This document shows positions 25,771 to 38,611 of a DNA stretch of 64,000 nucleotides, one piece after another. The notes under the pieces are model-generated. The model saw nothing but the letters and a program-made list of their open reading frames with translations. It was not told the origin of the DNA and did no database searches. Positions within the stretch are counted from its first letter, which is position 1, and each line of letters opens with the position of its first letter. Source of the stretch: Octopus vulgaris. Lineage: Eukaryota. The stretch covers positions 52,638,001 to 52,702,000 of the forward strand of contig OX597832.1 in NCBI GenBank assembly GCA_951406725.2, read 5' to 3'. Both the position numbers and the translations under genes were made by a program.

Positions 25771-25784
25771 GTTGTTATGACAAC
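25771..25784. promoter_or_regulatory. RFX X-box in the TSNAXIP1-like promoter
   Basis: GTTGTTATGACAAC, a near-palindromic fit to GTNRCC/YATRGNAAC; adjacent CCAAT (25751) and ETS-like ACCGGAAA (25758); local CpG enrichment; GTAAGT donors at 25866 and 26016 just downstream. Confidence 0.75.
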
Positions 25785-25789
25785 GTGTT

Positions 25790-25865
25790 ACGCCGTTCAG
25801 ACACCAACTTAATTTCTTAACACCTTTATTAGAAATATCTATAAACGATGGACATTTAATAAGAT
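25790..25865 (+). other. TSNAXIP1: Putative non-coding first exon of the TSNAXIP1-like gene (alternative donor at 26016)
   Basis: Follows the X-box; ends AAGAT|gtaagt; second donor CAG|gtaagt at 26016; start position approximate. Confidence 0.4.
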
Positions 25866-27699
25866 GTAAGTTCGTTTGCTGCTATTTAACATACAATATA
25901 TTATTTTGGTATTTTTTAATGTTTTATAATGACGCTGTATGTACCGACATATTGATAAAAAAAAAAGGAATACTAACTTCCATCTATCTATCTCGAGTGT
26001 ACATGTGTGTGACAGGTAAGTTCGTTCTGTGATTATGGGCTGAAATTTCTATCTATAGTTGTTTATTTACCGAAAATGTGCACAATTTATAAAAGTAAAC
26101 AGCTAAAGAACGGTTAAAAGAAAGAACAGAGAGAGTAAATTAGTAAAATAAAGTGACATGCACATTCGTTTAATTATATACATCGTACCAGAAAATATGG
26201 GTATTTTTTTCCCTTATAAAATTCTTGTTACAACTCAAATCCAAAACAAGTCATTACCGCGAATTATTACGACGTTGAGACCCTGGAATAGCAAAGCACT
26301 TTTGTTAGCAACTTCCGACATTTCAGATTAATACAATCCAAAAATTCCGTGTCAGAGGAAGTCCAGCTTCCTCTTGAAATACCAAACATTGAAAAGCGTA
26401 ATTTTCTAATTAATTTCACTGTTTCATTCTGTTCGGCTATGGATGCAGCCCCCCCACACACACACACACAGCATTAAGGGAATTAATGAAGTGTGGCGAC
26501 GCGAAAGGGTCGTTAACAGCGATGTACCATCAATGAAGGTCTTCACTCTGATTTTGTATCCTCATAACTTACAGAAAAAGGAAAATTCTTAATGAAACTT
26601 TCTACAAATACCTTTCAGATGGTATTGTTGATTACAATTATGTTGGAATTAAATGCAGAAAAAAAGATGGTAGGTAGACGTATCATGTATGGCTGTGTGG
26701 TAAGTAGCTTGCTTACCAACCACATGGTTCCGGGTTCAGTCCCACTGCATGGCATCTTGGGCAAGTGTCTTCTGCTATAGCCCCGGGCCGACCAATGCCT
26801 TGTGAGTGGATTTAGTAGACGGAAACTGAAAGAAGCCTGTCGTATATATGTATATATATATATGTATGTGTGTCTGTGCTTGTCCCCCTAGCATTGCTTG
26901 ACAACCGATGCTGGTGTGTTTATATCCCCGTCACTTAGCGGTTCGGCAAAAGAGACCGATAGAATAAGTACTGGGCTTACAAAGAATAAATCCCGGGGTC
27001 GATTTGCTCAACTAAAGGCGGTGCTCCAGCATGGCCGCAGTCAAATGACTGAAACAAGTAAAAGAGTAAAAGAGATATATATATATATATATATATTCAG
27101 CCTACCTTGGCACGTAAAAAGCACCCACTACACTCACGGAGTGGTTGGCGTTAGGAAGGGCATCCAGCCGTAGAAACACTGCCAGAACAGACTGGAGCCT
27201 GGTGCAGCCTCCTGGCTTCCCAGACCCTGGTCAAACCGACCAACACATGTTAAACGATGATGATGATGCATATATATAGTATATGCAGTAATGTACAAAT
27301 GTCTGGGAAGTGAACAGTGTATGAGTCAGATATATTCTTGCGTGTGTATGGAGGGGAGAAAATCAGGTGTAGTGTTGGTGAATCTCAAGAAGCATGGAAG
27401 TTTTGAAGGATGCAGTGCTCCAACAACTAAGAACTGATGCCGGCAGTTTGTTCCATACTTTGGCAACTCTTAGCATGAAAAAATGTTTCCGAAAGTCATG
27501 GAAGCTGTTGACAATGGTTAAAGTATATTGTTTCCTTCTTTGTTTATCTTTTTTTTTTTGTTCGTTTGTTGCAGAAAATATGGAAGACAGCTTCTTGCAG
27601 AAATATTTAGGTTTCATCAATGAGTAACAGATTGACCATAACTCATTGAAATTTGAGTGAATAAAACTGTTGCTATGGAAATAAACAAGAATATATCTT

Positions 27700-28048
27700 A
27701 CTAGCACTATGACCTGGCAACGCCGGGTCATAGTGCTAGTGCATGCATGCACATACACGCGAGTACTGTCCAAATCTCCAACCGATCAGATACAGCCAGC
27801 TGGCATTCAATTGGCATATCAAGTTTCGGGCATTTTGATTGGGTTTTGGATAGAAAATTCACAAAAAAGTCACTTCTATTGATTTTTTAATGGCTTTGCA
27901 GGGTGACTGGGGAAATGTAAAGATGTGCACAACCACCCTTGAATGACCATAGAAAGTGCGAGCCCTCTAACTGAAAAATTGTGGATTTATATAAAGGATA
28001 CACACACACACACACACAGACATTTTGCCATTTATATATATTGAGAGA
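27700..28048 (-). mobile_element. Non-autonomous Helitron-like element
   Basis: Terminal hairpin ACTAGCACTATGACCTGGC-aac-GCCGGGTCATAGTGCTAGT ending CTAG; opposite end TC..ATATATATAAA..GTCTGTGTG. Confidence 0.6.
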
Positions 28049-29174
28049 TAACAAAGTAAAATAGAATTGTAAAGGGATTAACTAATTTTGAGGTAACTGT
28101 AGTTTAGAAATTAAATAATTCCAAGATGTCATTGTCGTCATCATCATCGTCGTCGTCATCATTATCATCATCATCATCACCCATCTGTTTTCTCACACTA
28201 TCACAGGCTAGAGAAGTTTCCCCACACCTCACCCCACTCATTGCAGTGATTCATCTCCACCACCCTTCTGTGGTTATTTGTCATCTGGTATACACAACAA
28301 CTGGGGAAAACCAGTTTGTTCTAATGACTGGATGTGTTTTCCCTCTTCTTAACTACTTTACAACCTGGATTTATTGTGTTACCAACACCGCAGGGGCTGC
28401 CTGCAGATGGACTAAAAATAGGTCCTCTTAGTATGGCGTAGACTTATTATATTGCCAACACCACAGGGATCGTCTGCTCTTTTTTTCTTCTTTGAATTAA
28501 CCATTATTTGCTGTTATTGCCCCTCTAGGTATGCAGTGAAGTGAAGTGGTGGAATTGTTAGAGTATTCAATAGATTTCCTAACAACATCTACTCCAGCTT
28601 TGCCAAATTTTAAAACCAATATTCCTGCTACATAGGAAAGAAGAGAATTATAGAGGTTGAGAGGCAGACACTTAAAAATGCACTTGTGTAGGATTGTGTG
28701 AAGAGAGTTCAAATGCTCTGAGTTCAAATCCTACTGGAACCAACTTTACTTTTCATCCTTTCAGGGACAATAAAATAAAGTACCAGTTCCGTATTGAGGT
28801 TGGTCTTTCCTTATCTCACTTTTTGTATCTGTTTCTCTCTTTTGGGCAGAAATCGACTGGGGTAAGACCTATAGAGGGATGAACTGCACCATGATACACT
28901 ATACACCATGATGGTGACCCTACAACTCCATTAGGAGTTGAGTAATTAAGGTTACTCTTTTACTTGTTTCAGTCATGTGACTGTGGCCATGCTGGAGCAT
29001 CGCCTTTAGTTGAGCAAATCGACCCAGGACTTATTCTTTGTAAGCCTAGTACTTATTCTATCGTTCTCCTTTGCCGAACCGCTAAGTTACGGGGATGTAA
29101 ACACAGCAGCATCTGTTGTCAAGCGATGTTGGGGGGACAAACACGGACACACAAACATATACACACACATACAT

Positions 29175-29210
<36 letters not shown>

Positions 29211-31731
29211 GTGGAGGCACGGACTCGCGGTTGTGGGATCACGGTTTCGATTCCCAGACCTGGCGTTGTGAGTGTTTATTGAGCTAAAACACCTAAAGCT
29301 CCACGTGGCTCTGGCAGGGGGGTGGCGATCCCTGCTGTACTCTTTCGCCACAACTTTCTCTCACTCTTTCTTCTGTTGGCCTGCTCACTTAGCCAGTGGG
29401 GTGGCGTCATTTGAAGGCTAAATCAATGTGAAGCGCATTGTGACCAGCGATGTGTAGCAACATCTGATAGCCTGGTCGGTTACGGTGATATATATATATA
29501 TGTATGTATGTATATATACATATATATAACGGGCTACTTTCAGTTTCCATCTACCAAATCCACTCACAAGGCTTTGGTCAGCCTGAGGCTATAGTAGAAG
29601 ATATTTGTCCAAGGTGTCACGCAGTGAGACTGAACCCGGAACCATGTGGTTCATAAGCAAGCTACTTACCACACAGCCACTCCTATGCCTACAGGCCTTT
29701 CTAGATAGGTAACCTGCGATAGGACTTGCAGAGAACATCATCATCTTCATTCAACATCCTCCTTCCATGCATGCATGGGTTGGACAGTATGACAGGAACT
29801 GGACAGGCCAACCCTTGCCAGCAGGAAGATAGACTTGTCTCCTTTATTTTATTGTTATACTAGCACAAGAGAGATTGTCTGTAGCAGAATTAAATAATCT
29901 CCTCTAATTTGTACTTGTTATTAGTTGGGCATAACAAGGCCATGAGCTTGCCAAATGCTTGTTGTGCCAGACAGAATGTTTTGTTGCATTTCTTCCGGCC
30001 CTTTACATTCTGAGTTCAAATTCTACCAAAGTCAACTTGGCCTTTCATCCTTTCAGGCTTGGATGAAATAAGAACCAGTTGAGCATCATCGGTGTCTATG
30101 TAATTCACTAGGCTCTCCCCACAAAATTTCAGACCTTGTGCCCGTGAGGGCTGGTTGAAAAGTTCATAGGTTGATCAAGATGCTCTCTTGGAAAGTGACT
30201 GAATGAGGTTTATTTTTCAGCTTAGTTCCCCCTTGAAGTTCACATTCTTCTAATGGTGTTGTAGTGCTTGGATCCCATTGGAGAAGAAGCTTTCATCAAC
30301 CCTGGAAGGATCAAAGGCAACAACAACAACAGTTTCAAATTTTGCCACAAGGGCAGCAATCTTGAGGAGAGGGTAGTCGATTTGATTGACCCCAATATGC
30401 AACTGGTACTTAATTTATCGAACCCGGAAGGATGAAATGTAAAAACAACCCATGCAGAATTTGAACTCAAAACGTGAAGACAGATGAAACACTATTAAGC
30501 ATTTCACTCAGCATGCTAACAGTTCTGCCAGCTCACAGCCTTTTTAAAAGGTAAAGTCACCCTCGATGGAATTAGAACTAAGAACGTAAAGTTAGGATTT
30601 TGCCTGGTGTGCTAACAATTCTGCCAGATTGCCATCAATAATAATAATAATAATAATAACAACAACAATAACAATGACAAAAGATGGCAGCAGTGGTGTT
30701 AGTTTTGGTGTTGGTGTTGGTGGTGTTGATGTTGATAATGATGATGATGATGATGATGATATATTTCAAAGAAAATTGTTGTATTTTTTTTGTTTTCTTA
30801 AAATAGATTTGTTCAGAGAAAGAAAAGAAACAAGTTTCAAAATGACTCTTCCTTTGAAGGTAATAATTTTCATTTGAAAAATATTTTCAGTTTCCCAGAC
30901 CATTGAAAACACACACACTCACAAAAAAAAAAAATGCTAGGGTTTTTATGTTATCAGCTTCACATATTCACAATAACCAAACAAAAAAAAAATTTCCTAA
31001 TTTTCTTTAAAAATATTTTTTTTAATTTCATAAGTCCATTGGTGGATGTTTTATTGCCGCCAACCATGTACTTCCTACCAAGTTTGGTATTTGAAGCTTT
31101 TAAAGCCAGAATATTTCTCTCTTTGAGGTGGTCCCAAGTGCACCAAGCACAGCAAATATTGTATGGATTCTTTTCACTTCCAATCCTAGGCCTTAGTACT
31201 TCCTGACCTTCTCATCCTCTGTCTTTTATTGTTATTACTTATTTCTTTATTGCCCACAAGGGGCTTAACACAGAGGGGACAAACAAGAACAAACAAAGGG
31301 ATTAAGTCGATTACATCGACCCTAGTGCGTAACTGGTACTTAATTTATCGACCCCGAAAGGACGAAAGGCAAAGTCGACCTCGGCAGAACTTGAACTCAG
31401 AACGTAACGACAGATGAAATATGGCTATGCATTTCACCCGGCGTGCTAACGTTTGTGCCAGCTTGCTGCCTTCTTCTGCCAGCTCGCTGCCTTCTTCTGC
31501 CAGCTCGCCGCCTTATTATTATTACTGCTGAGGTGCATCTAGTGGTCAGGATAACCAGAATGTGTGAGTTTCCTCAGTTGTCCCTATGAGGAACTCCCCA
31601 CTTTTGGAGAATTTTGTTGTTTAATTATATTGTTAATTGTTTTTGTTACTTATTGTATACACGGTATTGTTCAACACCCTACTTGTCCCTAGCATTGTAT
31701 CATCCCTATTTGTTTTGTAGCCAATAAAAGA

Positions 31732-31787
<56 letters not shown>

Positions 31788-31896
31788 TATGTTTGACTTT
31801 TGCTTTATGTTTGTACAAGTTGGCTCCAAGACACTCAGCAAGAAATGGAAGCAAATTTGAAAGAAGAAAAAAAAAGTAATAATAATAATAATAATA

Positions 31897-32180
31897 AAAG
31901 GGGATCAGGAAACCCCAAAATGGCAGAAATTCAAAAAGATTGTGCTCATGGGAACTGCTCATATCCTACGCAAAATACTTTCTATGTAATCTCAAGTTTT
32001 AAAACAAACATAATTTTTTTTTTTTTGTAGACATTCACTAGTACAACACTAAATACAAAACCAAATATATGGCACACTATGCATAACATCACGAACTTCC
32101 AACCTGTTGTCTCTTGAGGTCTCTGGGTGAGACTTGGAGCCAACTTGTACAAACATAAAGCAAAAGTCAAACATAGAATA
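31897..32180 (+). mobile_element. R4/Dong-clade LINE 3' end inserted in (TAA)n; inverted 3' tip at 31785-31875
   Basis: EIQK-IVLMGTAHILRKILSM* (one frameshift) matches the R4/Dong C-terminus; both ends sit in (AAT)n runs. Confidence 0.7.
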
Positions 32181-32226
32181 ATAATAATAATAATAACAAC
32201 AACAACAACAATAATAATGGTAGTAG

Positions 32227-32258
<32 letters not shown>

Positions 32259-32418
32259 ACAGTGACAACAAAATAATAACAAGAAAATAATAATAATAAA
32301 TATGCTATTGTTGTTAATTGAGAAAGATTGTTATATTTTATAAGAATGAAAATGACTTTTCTATAATGAATTTGAAATAAAATGAATTTAATTCTTTCTA
32401 CTGCTTATTTTTAAGTCG

Positions 32419-32484
32419 ATGCAATCGAAGGTACCTGACACATATTCCGAAATCAACAAACTGGAACTGCCGCCTCCTAAACAA
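32419..32484 (+). CDS. TSNAXIP1: TSNAXIP1-like first coding exon (acceptor at 32416, ATG at 32419)
   Basis: ttaag|TCG ATG...AAA CAA|gtaatt; MQSKVPDTYSEINKLELPPPKQ; phase 0 joins the next exon. Confidence 0.6.
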
Positions 32485-32566
32485 GTAATTTTTTTTTTCT
32501 TTCTGCTATAATTGAATTTTAAAAAACTTTCACAGATTCACAATAACCAAACACACCAACTTTCTC

Positions 32567-32613
<47 letters not shown>

Positions 32614-32795
32614 GACAAGCTTCTTGCAGTTTCTGTCTACCAAATCCACTCACAAGGCTTTGGTCAGCCTGAGGCTATAGTAGAAAACACTCGCCCAAAG
32701 TACAAAGTACCACGCAGTGGGACTGAACTGAGGACCATTTGGTGGGGAAGCAAACTTCTTACCACACAGCCACTGAGATATATTTCTATTTACAG

Positions 32796-33008
32796 AATAC
32801 CCCAAAGAAGAAAACCTGCTTTGACGAAAGGACTATCATTAGCAAATCTGAAAATTACAGCAATGTATCGTATAGGAGTGAATCTTGGGAAGACCCTGTC
32901 GAGAAGAAACATAAACCGAAATTACTTCAACAGTTGGAATTCTTCTTAGAGAAAGAATTATATTTGCTTGGAGTTAGCAATCATGATGTTAACGACATTT
33001 CTCTGCAG
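32796..33008 (+). CDS. TSNAXIP1: TSNAXIP1-like exon
   Basis: tacag|AAT...CTGCAG|gtaaaa; ...KPKLLQQLEFFLEKELYLLGVSNHDVNDISLQ resembles TSNAXIP1 KPRYLE.LE.YLRKEL.LL......ELRLQ. Confidence 0.85.
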
Positions 33009-33466
33009 GTAAAACTCTCGATAAATTTGTTTATACTCTCTTTTACTCTTTTACTAGTTTCAGTCATTTGACTGCGGCCATGCTGGAGCACCGCCTTCAG
33101 TCGAGCAAATCGAACCCCCGGGAATTATTCTTTGTAAGCCCAGTACTTATTCTATCGGTCTCTTTTTGCCGAACCGCTAAGTGACAGGGACATAAACACA
33201 CCAGCATCGGTTGTCAAGCAATGCTAGAGGGACAAACACAGACACACAAACATACATATATACATATATACGACAGGCTTCTTTCAGTTTCTGTCTACCA
33301 AATCCACTCACAAGCCATTGGTCGGCCCGGGGTTATAGCAGTAGACACTTGCCCAAGATGCCACACAGTGGGACTGAACCCGGAATCATGTGGTTGGTTA
33401 GCAAGCTACTTACCACACAGCCACTCCTGCGCCTTATCACAACTTTTATTTTATACCCAGAAACTA

Positions 33467-34201
33467 GGATCTTTACCTTTTTACCGACAGATTTAAAAAA
33501 TAATTTTTTGTAACTAAACACTTTCAGACTTCAGACACTGGTGGAATGTATCACATAAAACATCTTTTACTCTTAGCGTTTTTGAGAAAAGCTTATATTT
33601 AGGAAGTTATTTCACTTTAAAGTTGTCCTATTTCAGTAATTTCAACCAATCAATGATGTGTATTCAGCTGATTAAAATTACTGCCGTTGTTTGTCAACAA
33701 CGACTATCGGCGGTGTATATTTTGCTTGTCACTGTTATTTACGACATCATTCGTATGTTTCTACTGGTTTTAGCTTTAAGGTTTTAGGGTTAGGATTGGG
33801 GTTTTAGGGTTAGAGCTACGGAAAAAAATAAAATATGAAGCACGAACGATTATGGTGGTGCCATGAAGTAAACATGCTTCAGATACACTCATTTATTCAT
33901 ACAAGCATAACTCAGATAAAATATGTCATAAATAACAGTGACAAACGAAATATACTCCGCTGGAAGTTGTTGACAAACAACAGCAGTAATTTTATTCAGC
34001 TGAATACACATCATTGATTGGTTGAAATTACCGAAATCCGACAATTTTATCAAGAAATATCTTCCAAAATACAGAATTTTCTCAACAGCACCAAGAGTAA
34101 AAGATGTTATATGTGACACATTCTACAAGTATACGAAGTTTGAAAGTGTTTAGTTACAAAAAATTATATTTTTAAATCTGTCGGTCAAAACGTAAAGATC
34201 C
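33467..34201. mobile_element. Long-TIR (over 200 bp) fold-back DNA element with internal TTAGGG motifs (relative at 53825-54223)
   Basis: GGATCTTT...AAAGATCC termini; the 53.8 kb copy has an 8-bp TSD TAGAAATA. Confidence 0.7.
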
Positions 34202-36195
34202 GAAACCTATTGTGTATGTATATGTATATGTGTATACATGATGGGTGTCTGCTTGTTAGCCAAGCATGGCTATCAGTAACAGGTTGACTTATAACTGATT
34301 GTTCCTATGAACGTGAGATCGACAGTGACTCATGAAGCTAGTTAGAGACTTAGAAAATTTTGCAAAGACTGGAAACTAAATCTCTGTTTTCAACCTGACA
34401 ATTAGGCCACTCAGGTGAAGGATCTTTATCGGTTTTCAAATGTTTCATGGGCCTGGGGCATCTCTTGCAAGTTTTGCCTTGTACTTCACATCTCCAGATG
34501 GACAAACAGACAGACAGAACAGATGTATGAATGGCAGATCACTTAAATGATGTCCTCCAAGGGTCTGTAAAGCGAGATTTGGTTCAGAACCAAATATTAT
34601 GAAACTCTGAGTAGCTCAGTGGATTAAGAGGTTTTTATAACTGCATTACACATACACAGTGAAGGCGCATGGCTCAGTGGTTAGAGCATCGAGCTTATGA
34701 TCATGAGGTTGTGAGTTCGAATCCCAGACCAGGCTGTGTGTTGTGTTCTTGAGCAAGACACTTTATTTCACGTTGCTCCAGTTCACTCAACTTTAGAAAT
34801 GAGTTGCAACGACACAGGTGCCAAGCTGTATCGGCCCCTTTGCCTTTCCCTTGGATAACACTGGTGGCATGGAGAGGGGAGGCCGGTATGCATGGGTGAC
34901 TACTGGTCTTCCATAAATAACCTTGCCTGGACTTGTGCCTGGGAAGGTAACTTTCTAGGTGCAATCCCATGGTCAGTCATGACCGAAGGGGGTCTCAGCA
35001 CACACACACATGCATATATGCATATACACACATACATACACACATGCATACATACACACACATGCATACATAGACACGCACATACACATACATACACACA
35101 CACATAAACTGGTACTCCAGTAGATCTAATCAAGAGAACAGCTTGCTCATGACATTAACATGCAAGTGGCTGAGCACTCCACAGACACACGTATCCTTCA
35201 CATAGTTCTCAGGGAAATTCACTGTGACAAGGCTGGACCTTTGAAATACAGGCATCACTCATTTTTATCAGCTGAGTGAACAGGAACAACATGAAATAAA
35301 GTATCTTGCCCAAGGCTGGACATGGGTGAAAAGTTTAGTGGTATTTCATCTGCCGGCAAGCTGGTTAAACGCGGTGAGCTGACAGAAACGTTAGCGCGCC
35401 GGGCGAAATGCGTAGCCGTATTTTGTCTCGTTACGTTCTGAGTTCAAATTCCGCCAAGGTCAACTTTGCCTTTCATCCTTTCGGGGTCGATTAAATAAGT
35501 ACCAGTTACGCACTGGGGTTGATATAATCGATTTAATCCCTTTGTCTGTCCTTGTTTGTCCCCTCTGTGTTTAGTCCCTTGTGGGTAGTAAAGAAATAGG
35601 TATTTCGTCTGACATTACTTTCTGGGTTTATATTCCACCGAGGTCGACTTTGCCTTTCATCCTTTCAGGGTCAATAAATTAAGTACCAGTATTACACTGG
35701 GGTCGATGTAATCGACTTAATCCTTTTGTCTGTCCTTGTTTGTCCCCTCTATGTTTAGCCCCTTGTGGGCAATAAAGAAATAAGAAACGTTAGAACGCCG
35801 GGCGAAATGCTTAGCGGTATTTCGTCTACCATTACGTTCTGGGTTCAAATTCTGCTGAGATCATCTTTGCCTTTCATCCTTTCAGGGTCGATAAATTAAG
35901 TACCAGTTACACACTGGGGTCGATGTAATCAACTTAATCCGATTGTCTGTCCTTGTTTGTCCCCTCTATGTTTAGCCCCTTGTGGGCAATAAAGAAATAA
36001 GAAACATTAGCATGCCGGGCGAAATGCTTAGCGGTATTTCGTCTGTCTCTACAATCTAATTTTTTTTTTTTAATATTTTCAAACCATTTCTTATATATTT
36101 TAAATAAATTACTTTGAATTGTTATTGATCTCCATGTAATATTTCTCTATTTTGTATGTTATTTATCACTGTAATATCCTTTTATTTTACGATAG

Positions 36196-36330
36196 GCTCA
36201 CCAAGAAGCTTTTGAATATTTAATTGATAACTTTAAGACATACAAAAGTATATTGTCTTCTATCAAAAATTCATATGAAGTAACTCTGAGTAAACTGCGG
36301 TCACAACTCCGCGAATTAGATTTAATGAAG
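36196..36330 (+). CDS. TSNAXIP1: TSNAXIP1-like exon (N-terminal conserved domain)
   Basis: gatag|GCT...ATGAAG|gtgagt; AHQEAFEYLIDNFKTYKSILSSIKNSYEVTLSKLRSQLRELDLMK (FKTYKPLLSSIKNAYE signature). Confidence 0.92.
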
Positions 36331-36580
36331 GTGAGTGAAGTATTGTAAGGATTTGAAATATTGCAAAAATTTATAAAAACTTGAACAAATGCGGCTGTGT
36401 GGTAAGAAGTTTGCTTCTGAACCACATATTTCAGTCCCATTATGTGGCACTTTATGCAAGTATCTTCTTCTATAGCACCAGGCAGACCAAAGCCTTGTGA
36501 GTGGATTTAGTAGACAGAAACTGAAACCATCCCATTGCGTGTGTGTGTATGTGTGTGTGTGTGTGTGTGATTATCACCAC

Positions 36581-36910
36581 TGAGGGCGCGTGGCTTAGTG
36601 GTTAGGGCATTCGGCTCATGATCGTAAGATTGTGAGTTCGATTCCCGGCGACGCGTTGTGTCCTTGAGCAAGACACTTTATTTCACGTTGCTCCAGTCCA
36701 CTCAGCTGGCAAAAATGAGTTGTACTTGTATTTCAAAGGGTCAGCCTTGTCACTCTCTGTGTCACACTGATTATCCCCGAGAACTACGTTAAGGGTACAC
36801 GTGTCTGTGGAATGCTCAGCCATTTGCACGTTAATTTCACGAGCAAGCTGTTCCGTTGATCGTATCAGCTGGGACCCTCGTCGTCGTAACCGGCAGAGTC
36901 TTTTTTTTAA
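36581..36910 (+). mobile_element. tRNA-derived SINE family C, young copy with 12-bp TSD
   Basis: GGCGCGTGGCTTAGTGGTTAG..GAGTTCGATTCC head; GATTATCACCAC at 36569-36580 and 36911-36922. Confidence 0.85.
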
Positions 36911-37713
36911 GATTATCACCACCATCATCATTATCGTTTGATGTCCGTTTTCCATGCTGGCATGTGTTGGATGATTTGACTGAGGTCTGGAGAGCCAGCA
37001 ACTACGCCAGGCTCCAGTCTGATCTAGCAATGTTTCTACAGCTGGATGCCCTTCCTAATGCCAACCACTCTGAGAGTGTACTGGGTGCTTTTTACATGCC
37101 ACCAGCACAGGAGCCAGTCAGAGGGTATAGGCATCAGCCACGTTTGGATGGTACTCTTTACATACCACCGGAACGGAAGCCAGTCAGGCAGACCTGGCAT
37201 TGACCATGTTCGAATGGTGTTTTTTACGTGCCGCCAGCATGGGAGCTAGTTAGGGGACACTGGTATCAACCACATTTGGATGATGCATTTTATATGCCAC
37301 CGCAACAGGAGCCAGACTGGGGGCACTGGCCACAGTTACGATTTTGGTTTTACTTTACTCAACAGGTCTTCTCAAGCATAACATATCACCCAATGCATCA
37401 AAGGTACTCTTAAATGGGCCAGACATGCAACACTGGCAAATTCACTCACAAGGCTTTGGTCAGCCCGAGGCTACAGTAGAAGACATTTGCCCAAGTAGAA
37501 GACATTTGACACTCAGAGAAGGAAAAGAGTAGTTGTTTTCTGTTTTGAGCATAGCTCTTCTTCAGAAACAGGAAAAATGGGAAAGTCTAAAGGGAAGGAG
37601 GAAGAAGGAGGAAAAAATCGCCTATAATCCATGTGTGGTTGTATAACTTCTTTTATGTATATGTAGCTGTGAAAAACGCAATTAAGTTTTATTTGTTTTA
37701 TTTGGCTCTTCAG

Positions 37714-37783
37714 CAAATGGTTGTTACTACTGCTGAAAAATATGAGAAGAAGATCATGGATGTTTATGAGGACAAAAAACAAG
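37714..37783 (+). CDS. TSNAXIP1: TSNAXIP1-like exon
   Basis: cttcag|CAAATG...CAAG|gtacgg; QMVVTTAEKYEKKIMDVYEDKKQ; phase 1 out matches the next exon. Confidence 0.75.
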
Positions 37784-38192
37784 GTACGGTAAATTTTTTG
37801 TAAGTGAAATATCATATAGGAAATATTATATTATATTATATTAGATGATATTATATCAGTGAAGGCCATATCTAATAATTTGAATATTTTGGAAAAAAGT
37901 ATATTCAGATGTCTACCAAATCCATTCCCAGTGCTTTGATAGGCATCAGTCTGTTACATAAGAACTGAACATGAAGCCACATGGTTTGGATGCAAACTTC
38001 TTAACCACAGCTATACATGCGTAGGAGTGGCTGTGTGGTAAGTAGCTTGCTAACCAACCACATGGTTCCGGGTTCAGTCCCACTGCGTGGCATCTTGGGC
38101 AAGTGTCTTCTGCTAAAGCCCCGGGCCGACCAATGCCTTGTGAGTGGATTTGGTAGACGGAAACTGAAAGAAGCCTGTCGTATATATGTATG

Positions 38193-38227
<35 letters not shown>

Positions 38228-38611
38228 GTGTGTGTATGTTTGTGTCTGTGTTTGTGTGTCTGTGTTTGTCCCCCCAGCATTGCTTGACAACCGATGCTGG
38301 TGTCTTTACGTCCCCGTTACTTAGCAGTTCGGCAAAAAGAGACCGATAGAATAAGTACTGGGCTTACAAAAAGAATAAGTCCCGGGGTCAAGTTGCTCGA
38401 CCAAAGGCGGTGCTCCAGCATGGCCGCAGTCAAATGACTGAAACAAGTAAAAGAGTAAAAAGAGTATGTGTGGCCGTATGGTAAGAAGCTTGCTTCCCAA
38501 CCACATGGTTCCAGGTTCAGTCTCCATATCTTTCTCAATATTTCACATTTTCTCTGCTTCCGTTCTTTTCCTAGCTATTTGTCTGTCTACCTTATTATTC
38601 ACACCTAGATA

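Noticed and set aside
36581-36655. tRNA genes at SINE heads
   Set aside because: A/B boxes are present but continue into SINE bodies with TSDs; no complete cloverleaf or acceptor stem.
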